Shown here in pieces: positions 28,246 through 37,094 of a DNA stretch of 60,616 nt. Source of the stretch: an uncultured Anaerolineaceae bacterium (GTDB lineage: Bacteria > Chloroflexota > Anaerolineae > Anaerolineales > Anaerolineaceae); the NCBI GenBank assembly GCA_964426355.1, contig CAYRRA010000001.1:1-60616 (forward strand), given 5' to 3'. A program made the translations under genes and the position numbers. Positions within the stretch are counted from its first letter, which is position 1. Each line of letters opens with the position of its first letter. The notes below the pieces were generated by a model. The model saw only the letters and a program-made list of their open reading frames with translations. It did no database searches and was not told the DNA's origin.

Positions 28246-29592
28246 ATGACTGGCATTAGCATCGGTTTGGATTTCGGCACATCGAACTCAGGTGTGGCGG
28301 TTTACGACGGCAAGCTGCTTCAAGTCTTACCCATTGATCAAACCAACGTTACACCTGAAGTCATCAAAACCGTGATCTATATCACCAAAGACTACAAGCA
28401 TTATATTGGGCAGGAAGCAATCAATGTGTATTACCGCGACAACATTGACCGACCGCGTCGCTTTGTAAAAAAGTGGATCGGTGAGACCGATTTTGTTGCC
28501 GCCGAGATGTTCTATGTGCGCGATGTCTATATGGAAGTGGATGAGTTAACCCCCGGACGGTTGATTCAGTACATCAAAACCGGGCTGCGTTCCGACGGAT
28601 ACCAGGGCACACGCGTGTTTGACAAATTTTACAGCCTGGAGCAAATCATCACCCTTTACCTGCAAAGCCTGAAGGAACGGGCTGAACACATCTTACAGGA
28701 TGAAATCGATTATGTGGTTTTAGGCAGACCGGTCAAGTTCTATGACGACCCGGAAATGGACCGCAAATCAGAAGAAACGCTCAAACAAGCCGCATTACAG
28801 GCTGGGTTTAAAAATGTCGGGTTTGAATTTGAACCCATCGCCGCTGCATTGTATTATGAAACAACGCTCACCACGCCGCAAAATGCGCTCATCTTCGATT
28901 TCGGCGGCGGCACGCTCGATATCACCGTGATGCGTCTCGGTGAACCCGGGCGGCGTCATGTTTATGCCACCGGGGGTATCGGCATCGCCGGGAGCGATTT
29001 CGACCGGCTCATCATCCAGAAACAAATGCTGGAACATTTTGGTAAAGGGCGTTTCCCAGAAGACCCGCGCATCGAAAGCCTGATCGATGCACTGGCGGAA
29101 TGGCAGGTGCTCCCCCAATTAAGCACACCCCAAATCCGCACCCTGCTCCAACGAACCATGAAAAAATGCCCTGTGCCCACCCGCATAAAAGCACTCGAGA
29201 GTATTATTTACAACGACCTGGCGTTTTCCTTTTACAATAAAGTGGAGGCTGCTAAGATTGCTCTTTCCGAACAAAGCGCTGCACTGTTCAGAATGGAGAA
29301 AAGCGATATCCATATCTGGGAGCTGCTCACCCGCTGGCGTTTTGAACAGGATATGGAAGAACTGGCGGACAAAATCCAGAACTGCCTGCTGGATACGTTG
29401 GCGGCATCCGGTTTGAAAATTGAGGAAATTGATATCGCCATCAAAACCGGAGGCTCCTCCAATATCCCCTACTTTTCCGACATGCTGGAAAAAATCTTCG
29501 GCAGTGAGCATGTCATCAGCAGCAATGCCTTTAGTAGCGTTACTGCCGGGTTGGGTATCCGCGCCTTTGAAGATAAACACCCCATCCACTAA
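28246..29592 (+). CDS. Hsp70/actin-fold ATPase lacking a substrate-binding domain (YegD-like)
   Basis: 448 aa with the phosphate-1 motif GLDFGTSNSGVA, the phosphate-2 motif FDFGGGTLDITV, and the adenosine motif IKTGGSSNIP. It has no Hsp70 beta-sandwich or lid. Confidence 0.8.
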   Translation: MTGISIGLDFGTSNSGVAVYDGKLLQVLPIDQTNVTPEVIKTVIYITKDYKHYIGQEAINVYYRDNIDRPRRFVKKWIGETDFVAAEMFYVRDVYMEVDELTPGRLIQYIKTGLRSDGYQGTRVFDKFYSLEQIITLYLQSLKERAEHILQDEIDYVVLGRPVKFYDDPEMDRKSEETLKQAALQAGFKNVGFEFEPIAAALYYETTLTTPQNALIFDFGGGTLDITVMRLGEPGRRHVYATGGIGIAGSDFDRLIIQKQMLEHFGKGRFPEDPRIESLIDALAEWQVLPQLSTPQIRTLLQRTMKKCPVPTRIKALESIIYNDLAFSFYNKVEAAKIALSEQSAALFRMEKSDIHIWELLTRWRFEQDMEELADKIQNCLLDTLAASGLKIEEIDIAIKTGGSSNIPYFSDMLEKIFGSEHVISSNAFSSVTAGLGIRAFEDKHPIH

Positions 29593-29609
29593 AGATGACC
29601 GGAGATGTG

Positions 29610-30887
29610 ATGAATTCTGATAAATTTCCACTGGATCATAACTGCTTTTCAAGCCGCATCATCCTGATTACTGGTGCAGGACGCGGCATTGGGCGCGCAG
29701 CAGCTCTTCATTTTGCACGCCTGGGCGGTAAAGTCATCATTGCAGAATGGAGCGATGAAGGTCAGGAGACCTTGCAGGCAATCCAATCCAACGGCGGTCA
29801 GGCTCTTTTTGTGAAAACAGATGTATCGAACGAAAGAGATGTATCACATCTTGCCGAACAAGTAAAAAGAGAATTCGGAACTCCTGACATCCTGGTCAAC
29901 AACGCCATCTACTGCCCCTATTCGCCTGTCAGCAAGATGTCGATTGATATGTGGGACAGGGTCATGGCAGTGAACCTGCGCGGCACATTTTTGATCTGCA
30001 AATCATTTCTTCCAGAAATGCTCCTGCGCAAGAGCGGACACATCATTAATATGGTCTCAATGGATGCCATGCCTGGTCTTTCTGCTTACATTGCCAGTAA
30101 ACAAGGGATACAAGGTTTCAGCCAATCGCTGCATGCTGAAGTTTCCCAATATGGTTTGCGTGTGGTCGCATTTGCGCCAGGCATGGTGGATACGCCCGGT
30201 ATTCGCAGTATCGTCCCTGATCTGAGTGCTGGACTGGGACTCACTTCAGAACAATTGATGAACATTTCTCTACACCCTGCCTATGCTGGTCTGATGCCTG
30301 TTGAGGATGCAGCAAACGCCACGGTCATTCTGGCTGCCCTTTACATGGACGAATATGATGGTGAAACGATTGACGGATATACCATCCTGGAACTTGCTGG
30401 TTTAATTTCCAATCCTGTCACCACTGTATTGCATCAGCCGCAACCTGTGCAGCCGGAAACCTCTGCTTATGCCGATCTGCGCGCCGCAACAGCCTATCTG
30501 AACCAAAAACTAATCGAAATCCTGGTAGCTACCGGTGAGGAGCTAAACCAACTGCCCGTGTTTGCACGCCCCATGGCGCGTTCTGGTTTCAAGCGAAAAG
30601 CAGGCTTACGCTTGCAGGATTGGGTGCATAACGCAGGTGAGATTTCAACACTGCTAAACGCATCGAATGGGTTGCAGCTGGAACAACTCGGCAAATTGTC
30701 CGATTACCGTCAAAAGATTAAATGCCTTCAGGCATATTACCAGGGGATACCGGCGGAAACAGCAAGGTTTACCCGCGATCAGGAAATGCTCCGTGTCGTA
30801 CAACACCTGACAGATGAACGGCTTGAGGTCATTCAGCAATTAGATCATTTGCTTTCCTTGCTGGGAAATGAAAACAAAGCTGGCTAA
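29610..30887 (+). CDS. SDR oxidoreductase with ~170-aa C-terminal extension
   Basis: ITGAGRGIGRAAA and SAYIASK (YxxxK). The ATG at 29610 has GGAG 5 nt upstream; the ATG at 29595 is the alternative. The helical tail has no motif I recognise. Confidence 0.75.
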   Translation: MNSDKFPLDHNCFSSRIILITGAGRGIGRAAALHFARLGGKVIIAEWSDEGQETLQAIQSNGGQALFVKTDVSNERDVSHLAEQVKREFGTPDILVNNAIYCPYSPVSKMSIDMWDRVMAVNLRGTFLICKSFLPEMLLRKSGHIINMVSMDAMPGLSAYIASKQGIQGFSQSLHAEVSQYGLRVVAFAPGMVDTPGIRSIVPDLSAGLGLTSEQLMNISLHPAYAGLMPVEDAANATVILAALYMDEYDGETIDGYTILELAGLISNPVTTVLHQPQPVQPETSAYADLRAATAYLNQKLIEILVATGEELNQLPVFARPMARSGFKRKAGLRLQDWVHNAGEISTLLNASNGLQLEQLGKLSDYRQKIKCLQAYYQGIPAETARFTRDQEMLRVVQHLTDERLEVIQQLDHLLSLLGNENKAG

Positions 30888-31938
30888 TCAATCTCGATAC
30901 ATGTGGCGGCGGCTTTTTCTCGCTGCCGCACTGCTGCCCTATCTTTTGTATATTGTCTTTATCCTTCATGCAGACTGTGGTCCGATCGATTATGAAACCT
31001 TCATGCAGATTGGCAGCCACCTGCTGAACGGTCAGCCGGTTTATGGCGAGAACAGCTATTACCCCATGTCGTATGTGATGGTCTTCGCGTTTTTTGCCTG
31101 GCTCCCACGCGTGCTCAGTATGCTGCTCTGGTTTTCCCTGCCTGTGCTGGCGGTTTTGGTTATCTCAAAAGGGGAGCCTTTGGCTCTGCTTTTTGCACCC
31201 ACTTTGAGCCATTTCCTGGGCGGTCAAACCGCCACCCCATCCTTGCTTGGTTTTTGGGGATACCGCCATCACAGCCAACCCAATGACCCCTGGGGAGGGG
31301 TATGGCTGGCGGTGGCAAGTATCAAACCACAGCTTGCTATCTTCCCGCTCCTTTGGGCAGGATTCCAATGGGTTAAATGGATGCGACTACACCGGCGCAT
31401 TCCACGCCAGGTGTGGGCATTCTTGTTCTCACTGGCAATCATTTACCTGCCGGGGTTTTTAATTTTCCCCTCATGGATAGGACAGTGGCTGAGCAGCCCA
31501 CGCCCGCTTTTTGAACGCGCCCTCACCGGGCTGGTTCCACGCGCACTGATCTATCTGCTGCCATCGGACGGCTGGCTTTACTGGGTGCTGCTGGTCTTCA
31601 TATCAGCCGGGTTGTTCCTGTTGCTCTGGCGCCTCAAACATGGAGCAATCAACCTGGACACAACCCTGGCAGCCAGTTTCATCCTCAATCCTTTGGCTCA
31701 TGATTACGATTTAATCCAATTGGTTCCTCTGCTGGAAACCAGGCGCTTGAAAATAACAGCCTTGCTTCTTTCAATCCCTGGCTGGCTGGTGATGATTTTC
31801 GCTTACGACCAAGACCCTCTTTGGGGTGTGTTCGCCCTTATCCCGCCTGGGATTCTCTGGATGCTTCTGCGAGAAAAAACCGCAGATCATTCCCTGGCGG
31901 TTGGAAGTGCTGGCACTACACCGTCAACACCAACATAA
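30868..31938 (+). CDS. polytopic membrane protein, DUF2029/GT87-like (putative glycosyltransferase)
   Basis: 356 aa with about 9 TM segments. The N-terminal loop DYETFMQIGSHLLNGQPVYGENSYYPMSYVM resembles the family motif. It overlaps the upstream gene by 20 nt; the alternative start is 30901. Confidence 0.55.
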   Translation: MKTKLANQSRYMWRRLFLAAALLPYLLYIVFILHADCGPIDYETFMQIGSHLLNGQPVYGENSYYPMSYVMVFAFFAWLPRVLSMLLWFSLPVLAVLVISKGEPLALLFAPTLSHFLGGQTATPSLLGFWGYRHHSQPNDPWGGVWLAVASIKPQLAIFPLLWAGFQWVKWMRLHRRIPRQVWAFLFSLAIIYLPGFLIFPSWIGQWLSSPRPLFERALTGLVPRALIYLLPSDGWLYWVLLVFISAGLFLLLWRLKHGAINLDTTLAASFILNPLAHDYDLIQLVPLLETRRLKITALLLSIPGWLVMIFAYDQDPLWGVFALIPPGILWMLLREKTADHSLAVGSAGTTPSTPT

Positions 31939-31992
31939 TTGCGCAACTGGAGCAAAACGTAACGCGCCCCACCAATATTCCAAACAGGTAAA

Positions 31993-32823
31993 TCAGGTGC
32001 CCCAATCTCTCGGGAATAAGAAGTCATACCCCACTGTTCGGTTGCTCAGTTTGGCAATTGGCGGCATCACGCGCTTGAAATGATTACGCTTGATTCTTTG
32101 TATCACGTCTCTGACGAATTTTTCATCATAACCTGCCTCAACACATTCCTCAGGCTGACAGCGCTCATCCACCAACAGATACAAAAGACGGTCGACTTCT
32201 TCATAGGAAAACCCCATCTCGCCTTCATCGGTCTGTCCGGTCCACAAATCAGCGGAGGGTGGTTTTTGGATGACCTGGCGGGGGACACCCAATGCTGCTG
32301 AAAGCTGGCGCACCTGCGTTTTATACAGGTCGCCAAGCGGGTTTAGCGCACAGGCAGAATCGCCATACAGGGTGGTGTAGCCCAACAGGATTTCTGTCTT
32401 GTTACCCGTACCCATCACCAAACCATTGAAGGCAGCCGATTGGTCAAAACAAACGATCATCCGCATCCGTGCCATGATGTTTCCCTTGCGCAGGGCATTC
32501 ATGTCCGGAAATTTCTCAATCAAGGGGTCGACCATATCGCTGATAGGAACCGTCAGCGACTGCACTCCCGTCATCTCGATCACACTTTGTGCATCTTCGA
32601 GGGAATCGTTTGATGATGTTCGATAGGGCATCCGCAGGGCAAGAACGTTTTCAGCACCCAATGCTTTTGCCGACAGCACACATGCCAGCGCCGAATCGAT
32701 ACCGCCCGAAAGACCCAGCACAACTCGCTGAAAACCAGCGCGATGGATTTCGCTGCGGATAAATTCGGTAAGGATTCGGCTAACCTGTTCGGTTTGGATA
32801 GATAAATCGATTATTTTTTTCAC
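31993..32823 (-). CDS. nadE: NAD+ synthetase, single-domain type
   Basis: Carries the PP-loop LGLSGGIDSA. The track ORF reaches 32994, deep inside the upstream gene. An in-frame GTG at 32823 (V58) gives a 276-aa protein starting 7 nt after the upstream stop. Confidence 0.85.
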   Translation of the reverse strand: MKKIIDLSIQTEQVSRILTEFIRSEIHRAGFQRVVLGLSGGIDSALACVLSAKALGAENVLALRMPYRTSSNDSLEDAQSVIEMTGVQSLTVPISDMVDPLIEKFPDMNALRKGNIMARMRMIVCFDQSAAFNGLVMGTGNKTEILLGYTTLYGDSACALNPLGDLYKTQVRQLSAALGVPRQVIQKPPSADLWTGQTDEGEMGFSYEEVDRLLYLLVDERCQPEECVEAGYDEKFVRDVIQRIKRNHFKRVMPPIAKLSNRTVGYDFLFPRDWGT

Positions 32824-32830
32824 AAATATC

Positions 32831-33679
32831 TTATATATCCTTTGATAAAATTCTCTTAATCTCGCGCTGCACAAGGTCGGGTCTTTCATCGCGCAGCATC
32901 GGCAGGCGGGAGCGCGTACGGGCAAGCTGCTGCATATTAATCTCTGCCATAACCATGCCCTCCTGCATTTCACCCTGTTGAAGCAGGCTGCCATCTGGGT
33001 CGATCACCAACGCATCGCCTGGGAAAAACAAACCATCCTCAAAACCTGCGCGGTTTGTATAAGCAATAAAAGTGGTAAAAAGCCCTGCATACATCCTCAA
33101 CAGGTTTCGAACCTGTGTAACTGAACCCAGGCTGCCCTCGTTGTTCAAACCATGACCCGGTGATGCAGCGTGAAACAACAACAAATCTGCGCCATCCATC
33201 CAGAGCACATAAGGCGCAGAAAGATGCCAGAAATCCTCGCATATCAACATTCCTACGCGCCCAAAGCGAGTATCAAAAGCTCTGATGCTCTCGCCGGGTG
33301 CAAAGAAACGTTTCTCATCAAACATGCCATAGGTTGGCAGATACAGTTTGCGGTGAATGTGTAAGATTTTGCCACGGGAAAGATAAGCAGAAGAAATAAA
33401 GTATCGGCTGCGCAAATCCGCCTCTACAAATCCCACCATCAAATCCACATCCCTGCTGGCATGCAACAGTGCATCAAAAACCGGATCCGAATGTGGATGG
33501 ATGGCGACGGGAAATGTGATGTCCAGGAGCAGATAACCCGTCAGGGACAATTCTGGAAAAACCACTAGGTCGGCTCCACTGGATTGCGCCTGTCGGATCC
33601 AATCCAGGTGTTTTTCAAGATTGGCTGATACCTCACCCAGGATTGTATTCATTTGAACAAGCGCAATGTTGACATTCAT
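32831..33679 (-). CDS. carbon-nitrogen hydrolase (nitrilase superfamily), probable glutaminase partner of NadE
   Basis: 282 aa with the Glu-Lys-Cys triad in typical contexts: FPELSLTGY, HRKLYLP, MLICEDFWH. Confidence 0.85.
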   Translation of the reverse strand: MNVNIALVQMNTILGEVSANLEKHLDWIRQAQSSGADLVVFPELSLTGYLLLDITFPVAIHPHSDPVFDALLHASRDVDLMVGFVEADLRSRYFISSAYLSRGKILHIHRKLYLPTYGMFDEKRFFAPGESIRAFDTRFGRVGMLICEDFWHLSAPYVLWMDGADLLLFHAASPGHGLNNEGSLGSVTQVRNLLRMYAGLFTTFIAYTNRAGFEDGLFFPGDALVIDPDGSLLQQGEMQEGMVMAEINMQQLARTRSRLPMLRDERPDLVQREIKRILSKDI

Positions 33680-34428
33680 CGCTTCGCCTCCAAATTTTCC
33701 TCTTGTACCGCATGAGTCGTCTTATATTGTAAATGACCCCAGATCAATCCAGTCAGGCAGATGAACAATAGCAAAAGGGATGCCCAGGTATCCAGACGCG
33801 CCCCGTACCAGGTGGGAGTGACATCAGCGCGTAGTGCCGTAAATAGCAGGATATTGATAGAAAGCCCCAAAACCATCCAAAGCGCACGCCATCCATCAAA
33901 ACAGTCCCCGTGTTTTCTTGTTTCAAGCCAAAACGAATACAACAACATTCCCGCTGCACCGGCAAACTGAAGCGGAAAACGCATCGCTAATACGCCAGAT
34001 TCATCACGGCAGGGCACACCCCAAAAAGCGCCGTCCGGCGCTGCAGGACCATACGCATAACCAGCCAGCCAGCAACCCAGCCAGATGCTGACGGTCAGCG
34101 GAGGCAGCATGAAGGCAAGGTGGTCGGCAATTTTCCCGGCGGGAATATGCCAGCGCAAGACAATCGAGAGAATCACGGCAGCGCCCCCTAGCACGGCTCC
34201 TATCCAGGAGTATCCGCCATGCCACAATGCCAGTATCTCCAACAGATGATTTTTATAATAAAGCCAATGGATGAAAACAAAAACCAGGCGGGCGCCGATC
34301 AAACCACCCAGCATCGTCAGCAAACTGGCATTCGCCCAGCGCTGAGCCTGCCAGCGAGGCACATCCTGCACCACCCTGAAAACCGCCAGGGAAGCACCCA
34401 AACCCACCATCAAGGAAAATGCGTTCAC
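33676..34428 (-). CDS. lgt: prolipoprotein diacylglyceryl transferase-like membrane protein
   Basis: 250 aa with a GTG start and 7 TM-like segments. Lgt-like blocks are present (GARLVFVFIHW, LWHGGYSWIGAVLGG). It overlaps the next gene by 4 nt. Confidence 0.7.
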   Translation of the reverse strand: MNAFSLMVGLGASLAVFRVVQDVPRWQAQRWANASLLTMLGGLIGARLVFVFIHWLYYKNHLLEILALWHGGYSWIGAVLGGAAVILSIVLRWHIPAGKIADHLAFMLPPLTVSIWLGCWLAGYAYGPAAPDGAFWGVPCRDESGVLAMRFPLQFAGAAGMLLYSFWLETRKHGDCFDGWRALWMVLGLSINILLFTALRADVTPTWYGARLDTWASLLLLFICLTGLIWGHLQYKTTHAVQEENLEAKR

Positions 34429-34545
34429 AATCGGGTTGATCTCAGGCTGAATGATACCATAATCATCGCTAAGGACTGGAGGGATAAAATAAGCAAATTG
34501 GGTTTTTAAAAAAAAATTTCCCCCTCCGCTCAGTGAAACTCATAA

Positions 34546-34581
34546 CAAACGCCTGAATGAGGGGGGCACCCAAACATTTGA
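34546..34581. repeat. copy 1 of a 36-nt intergenic motif
   Basis: CAAACGCCTGAATGAGGGGGGCACCCAAACATTTGA. It shares CAAACGCC, TGAGGGGGGCACCC and the terminal TGA with copy 2, which lies 119 nt away. Confidence 0.6.
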
Positions 34582-34664
34582 TTGCAGAAGTTTATCACAA
34601 AAACAAAAAGAAACATTAAAACAACTTAAATCTTTTTGCTGAATTATAGAGTCGTTTTAAATGT

Positions 34665-34700
34665 CAAACGCCGAGGTGAGGGGGGCACCCCGACGTCTGA
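34665..34700. repeat. copy 2 of a 36-nt intergenic motif
   Basis: CAAACGCCGAGGTGAGGGGGGCACCCCGACGTCTGA. The outer segments GTCAAACG / CGTCTGAC can pair around the G6CAC3-4 core. Confidence 0.6.
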
Positions 34701-34757
34701 CAAGCACATAATATCATAGCCCTCAAAAAAATGCAATGGAACAATTATTCTATTTAT

Positions 34758-35591
34758 TCAGGCTTTCAACTCTAACAGCAAAGCAGATCGTTTGAAGTTT
34801 CGCATCGATACCCACAAAAGCACCCCTGCAATCACCCAGAATACCAGTCCAACCAGCAGCCCAACCCCAACGGTCAGGTACACCACGCCGCTCGCCTGAC
34901 CGATCAAAAATGCGACCACAATCACCACGAGAGATGAACTCATCTGATAGGCGCCCATAAAGGTATGTTGTTTGGCAGAAATCAAAACCGTCACAGAAAT
35001 ACCCAACAATGCCAGCGCAGGCGTGACCCAAAAAATCAAGGGATACCAGGAAGCCAATGGAAACCATATCTTGTCGAACAAAGGAGACCCGGCGACATTG
35101 AGCACAATTGCATAAATCAGAAAACTCAACCAGGATATCGCCAGCGAGGGGATCATACCGGTAACCACTTTTCCAACAAATAGTTCTTTCTCTGTGACGG
35201 GGGTATATAGCAGTGCTTCCAATGTTTTTCGTTCCCGCTCACCAGCAAACGATTCGGCTGCCACAACGGCAGAAAATGCCAGGGGGAAAATCAAGAACAA
35301 CGGCGCCAGCATATAGCCCAATACCAGGAACAACATCGTTTGTAAACCATCCAAACCCTGGATAGAAAACTGGATACTCGGAGGGACACGTTCCAGCATC
35401 ATCGCCAGGTCAGGGTCATTCACCATCTGATCTGCGGCAGCAGGAAAGAACTGGGGTGCCAGCAGCATACCCAAAGGCATTAACACAATGATGACGAGAG
35501 GGGCAATCACCATAGGGACCCAGGCAGCCCTATTCTGGCGCACCTCCAACAGATCTTTTTTCACAATTGCAAAGATATTTCGAATATTCAT
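34758..35591 (-). CDS. ABC-2 type transporter permease
   Basis: 277 aa with 6 TM segments. It overlaps the upstream ATPase gene by 4 nt. Confidence 0.85.
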   Translation of the reverse strand: MNIRNIFAIVKKDLLEVRQNRAAWVPMVIAPLVIIVLMPLGMLLAPQFFPAAADQMVNDPDLAMMLERVPPSIQFSIQGLDGLQTMLFLVLGYMLAPLFLIFPLAFSAVVAAESFAGERERKTLEALLYTPVTEKELFVGKVVTGMIPSLAISWLSFLIYAIVLNVAGSPLFDKIWFPLASWYPLIFWVTPALALLGISVTVLISAKQHTFMGAYQMSSSLVVIVVAFLIGQASGVVYLTVGVGLLVGLVFWVIAGVLLWVSMRNFKRSALLLELKA

Positions 35592-36538
35592 GACCTGCCT
35601 CCTCTAGCCTGATCCTGTAGTTTAAAGTAAATTTCCTCCAGTGAGACTGCCTGTGGTCGCAATGAAAGCAACCTGGCGCCACGCCCAACCAACCATGCAG
35701 CCAGGTCAGGAATAACACCCTCTTCTTTAACGTGAATTTCAAACATTATCGCATCGTTTGTTTTCACCTCCAGCACGCCGTGCTGTGACGTCATCTCATG
35801 GATGGCTGGTTCCTGCAGAGGCGCAAACAGGTTAATATGCACCCACAAGCCCTCCACATAAGACTGTCGCAGATCATCCATGCTTCCTAAGGCAAGCATC
35901 TCACCGCGCTGTAAAATTACCATTCGGTCACAAAGTCGTTCTGCTTCCAGCAGGTTGTGGGTGCACAATACCACTGTCTGGTTGTTATTCCCTCGAATTG
36001 AACGAATCAATTCATGCACCTGCAAAGCAGCCTCTGGGTCCAGACCGGCAGTAGGCTCATCCAAAAACAGGATCGGCGGGTTATGTAACAATGCCCGTAC
36101 CAAAGCCAGCCTCTGCTTCATTCCTTTGCTATACACCCCAACACGCTCATCCGAACGTCTCTCCAGCCCAAAGAAAGATAACAACTCCTCCCCCCTCCTG
36201 CGCCAATCGGCAGGCTGCATCCCAGCCAGCGTACCGAAAAACGAAAGGTTTTCCCAGGCGGTCAGGCGCTCATATAACGCCGGTGTTTCAGTCAACACAC
36301 CTGTCATGCTACGCACACGGTCTCCATCCAGCGCTGGATCCAAACCCATCACCCGTGTTATTCCGGATGAAGGAACAAACAAACCGTTAATCAAACGGAT
36401 TGTCGTGGTTTTTCCAGCGCCGTTGGGTCCCAACAGCGCCAACACTTCTCCTTTTTGTACCGTGAAGGAAAAATCATGCACAGCACAGAGACTATCAAAA
36501 TAATGCGTAAGGTTTTCAACTTCGATTACATTTTCCAT
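35588..36538 (-). CDS. ABC transporter ATP-binding protein
   Basis: Walker A GPNGAGKTTT, signature YSKGMKQRL, Walker B ILFLDEPTAGLD, and a C-terminal extension of about 90 aa. Confidence 0.92.
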   Translation of the reverse strand: MENVIEVENLTHYFDSLCAVHDFSFTVQKGEVLALLGPNGAGKTTTIRLINGLFVPSSGITRVMGLDPALDGDRVRSMTGVLTETPALYERLTAWENLSFFGTLAGMQPADWRRRGEELLSFFGLERRSDERVGVYSKGMKQRLALVRALLHNPPILFLDEPTAGLDPEAALQVHELIRSIRGNNNQTVVLCTHNLLEAERLCDRMVILQRGEMLALGSMDDLRQSYVEGLWVHINLFAPLQEPAIHEMTSQHGVLEVKTNDAIMFEIHVKEEGVIPDLAAWLVGRGARLLSLRPQAVSLEEIYFKLQDQARGGRS

Positions 36539-36559
36539 AGGTCCTCGCTATAATGTGAT

Positions 36560-36573
36560 GTTTCACGTGAAAC
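36560..36573. promoter_or_regulatory. perfect palindrome GTTTCACGTGAAAC (candidate GntR/YtrA operator)
   Basis: A 14-nt perfect palindrome located 22 nt upstream of the ABC ATPase start codon. Confidence 0.45.
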
Positions 36574-36634
36574 TCGGGTTGATACATACCTGTGTCATTT
36601 CTCATCGGTTTGCTTGAAAAGAAAACGCGGGCAA

Positions 36635-36652
36635 TTGTTTCATGTGAAACAA
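36635..36652. promoter_or_regulatory. palindrome TTGTTTCA-TG-TGAAACAA (candidate GntR/YtrA operator)
   Basis: Shares the GTTTCA-N2-TGAAAC core with the first palindrome. It lies in the same 146-nt spacer between the gntR-like gene and the ABC genes. Confidence 0.45.
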
Positions 36653-36684
36653 TATTCTTTGTTCTTCGTGTTCATTTAGAATAC

Positions 36685-37086
36685 TTAACTCTTAAACATT
36701 TCTTTTATTTGAGTGCGAAAAGCACGTTCGACCTCTTCAACACTGAAATGCAAATGGCTTGTTTCGGCAAGATACCGGGAGGTCAGTTCACCCAGCACCT
36801 CTTCACGTAGCAAGTCATGGGCTTCTTCATTATTCAGCACGTACGTGCCCCTGCCTTGTTGTGTCGTAATCAATCCAGAGCGATCCAATACGCGGTAAGC
36901 TCTCGCAACCGTATTGAAATTGATCGCCAGTTCAGCCGCCAGCTGCCGCACAGTCGGTAACTGTGCTCCCGCTCGTATATCACCGCTTAATATTCGGCTT
37001 TGAATTTCTAACACAATTTGCAAATAGGCAGGTGTGGCTGACTGAAGGTCAATTTCTACCGGTCTAAAATCTTTCCTTTTGTGCAT
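36685..37086 (-). CDS. GntR family transcriptional regulator, YtrA-like (short)
   Basis: 133 aa with a winged HTH (PTVRQLAAELAINFNTVARAYRVL) and a short C-terminal region. The gene order regulator, ABC ATPase, ABC-2 permease is typical of the YtrA subfamily. Confidence 0.88.
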   Translation of the reverse strand: MHKRKDFRPVEIDLQSATPAYLQIVLEIQSRILSGDIRAGAQLPTVRQLAAELAINFNTVARAYRVLDRSGLITTQQGRGTYVLNNEEAHDLLREEVLGELTSRYLAETSHLHFSVEEVERAFRTQIKEMFKS

Positions 37087-37094
37087 ATTGTATC

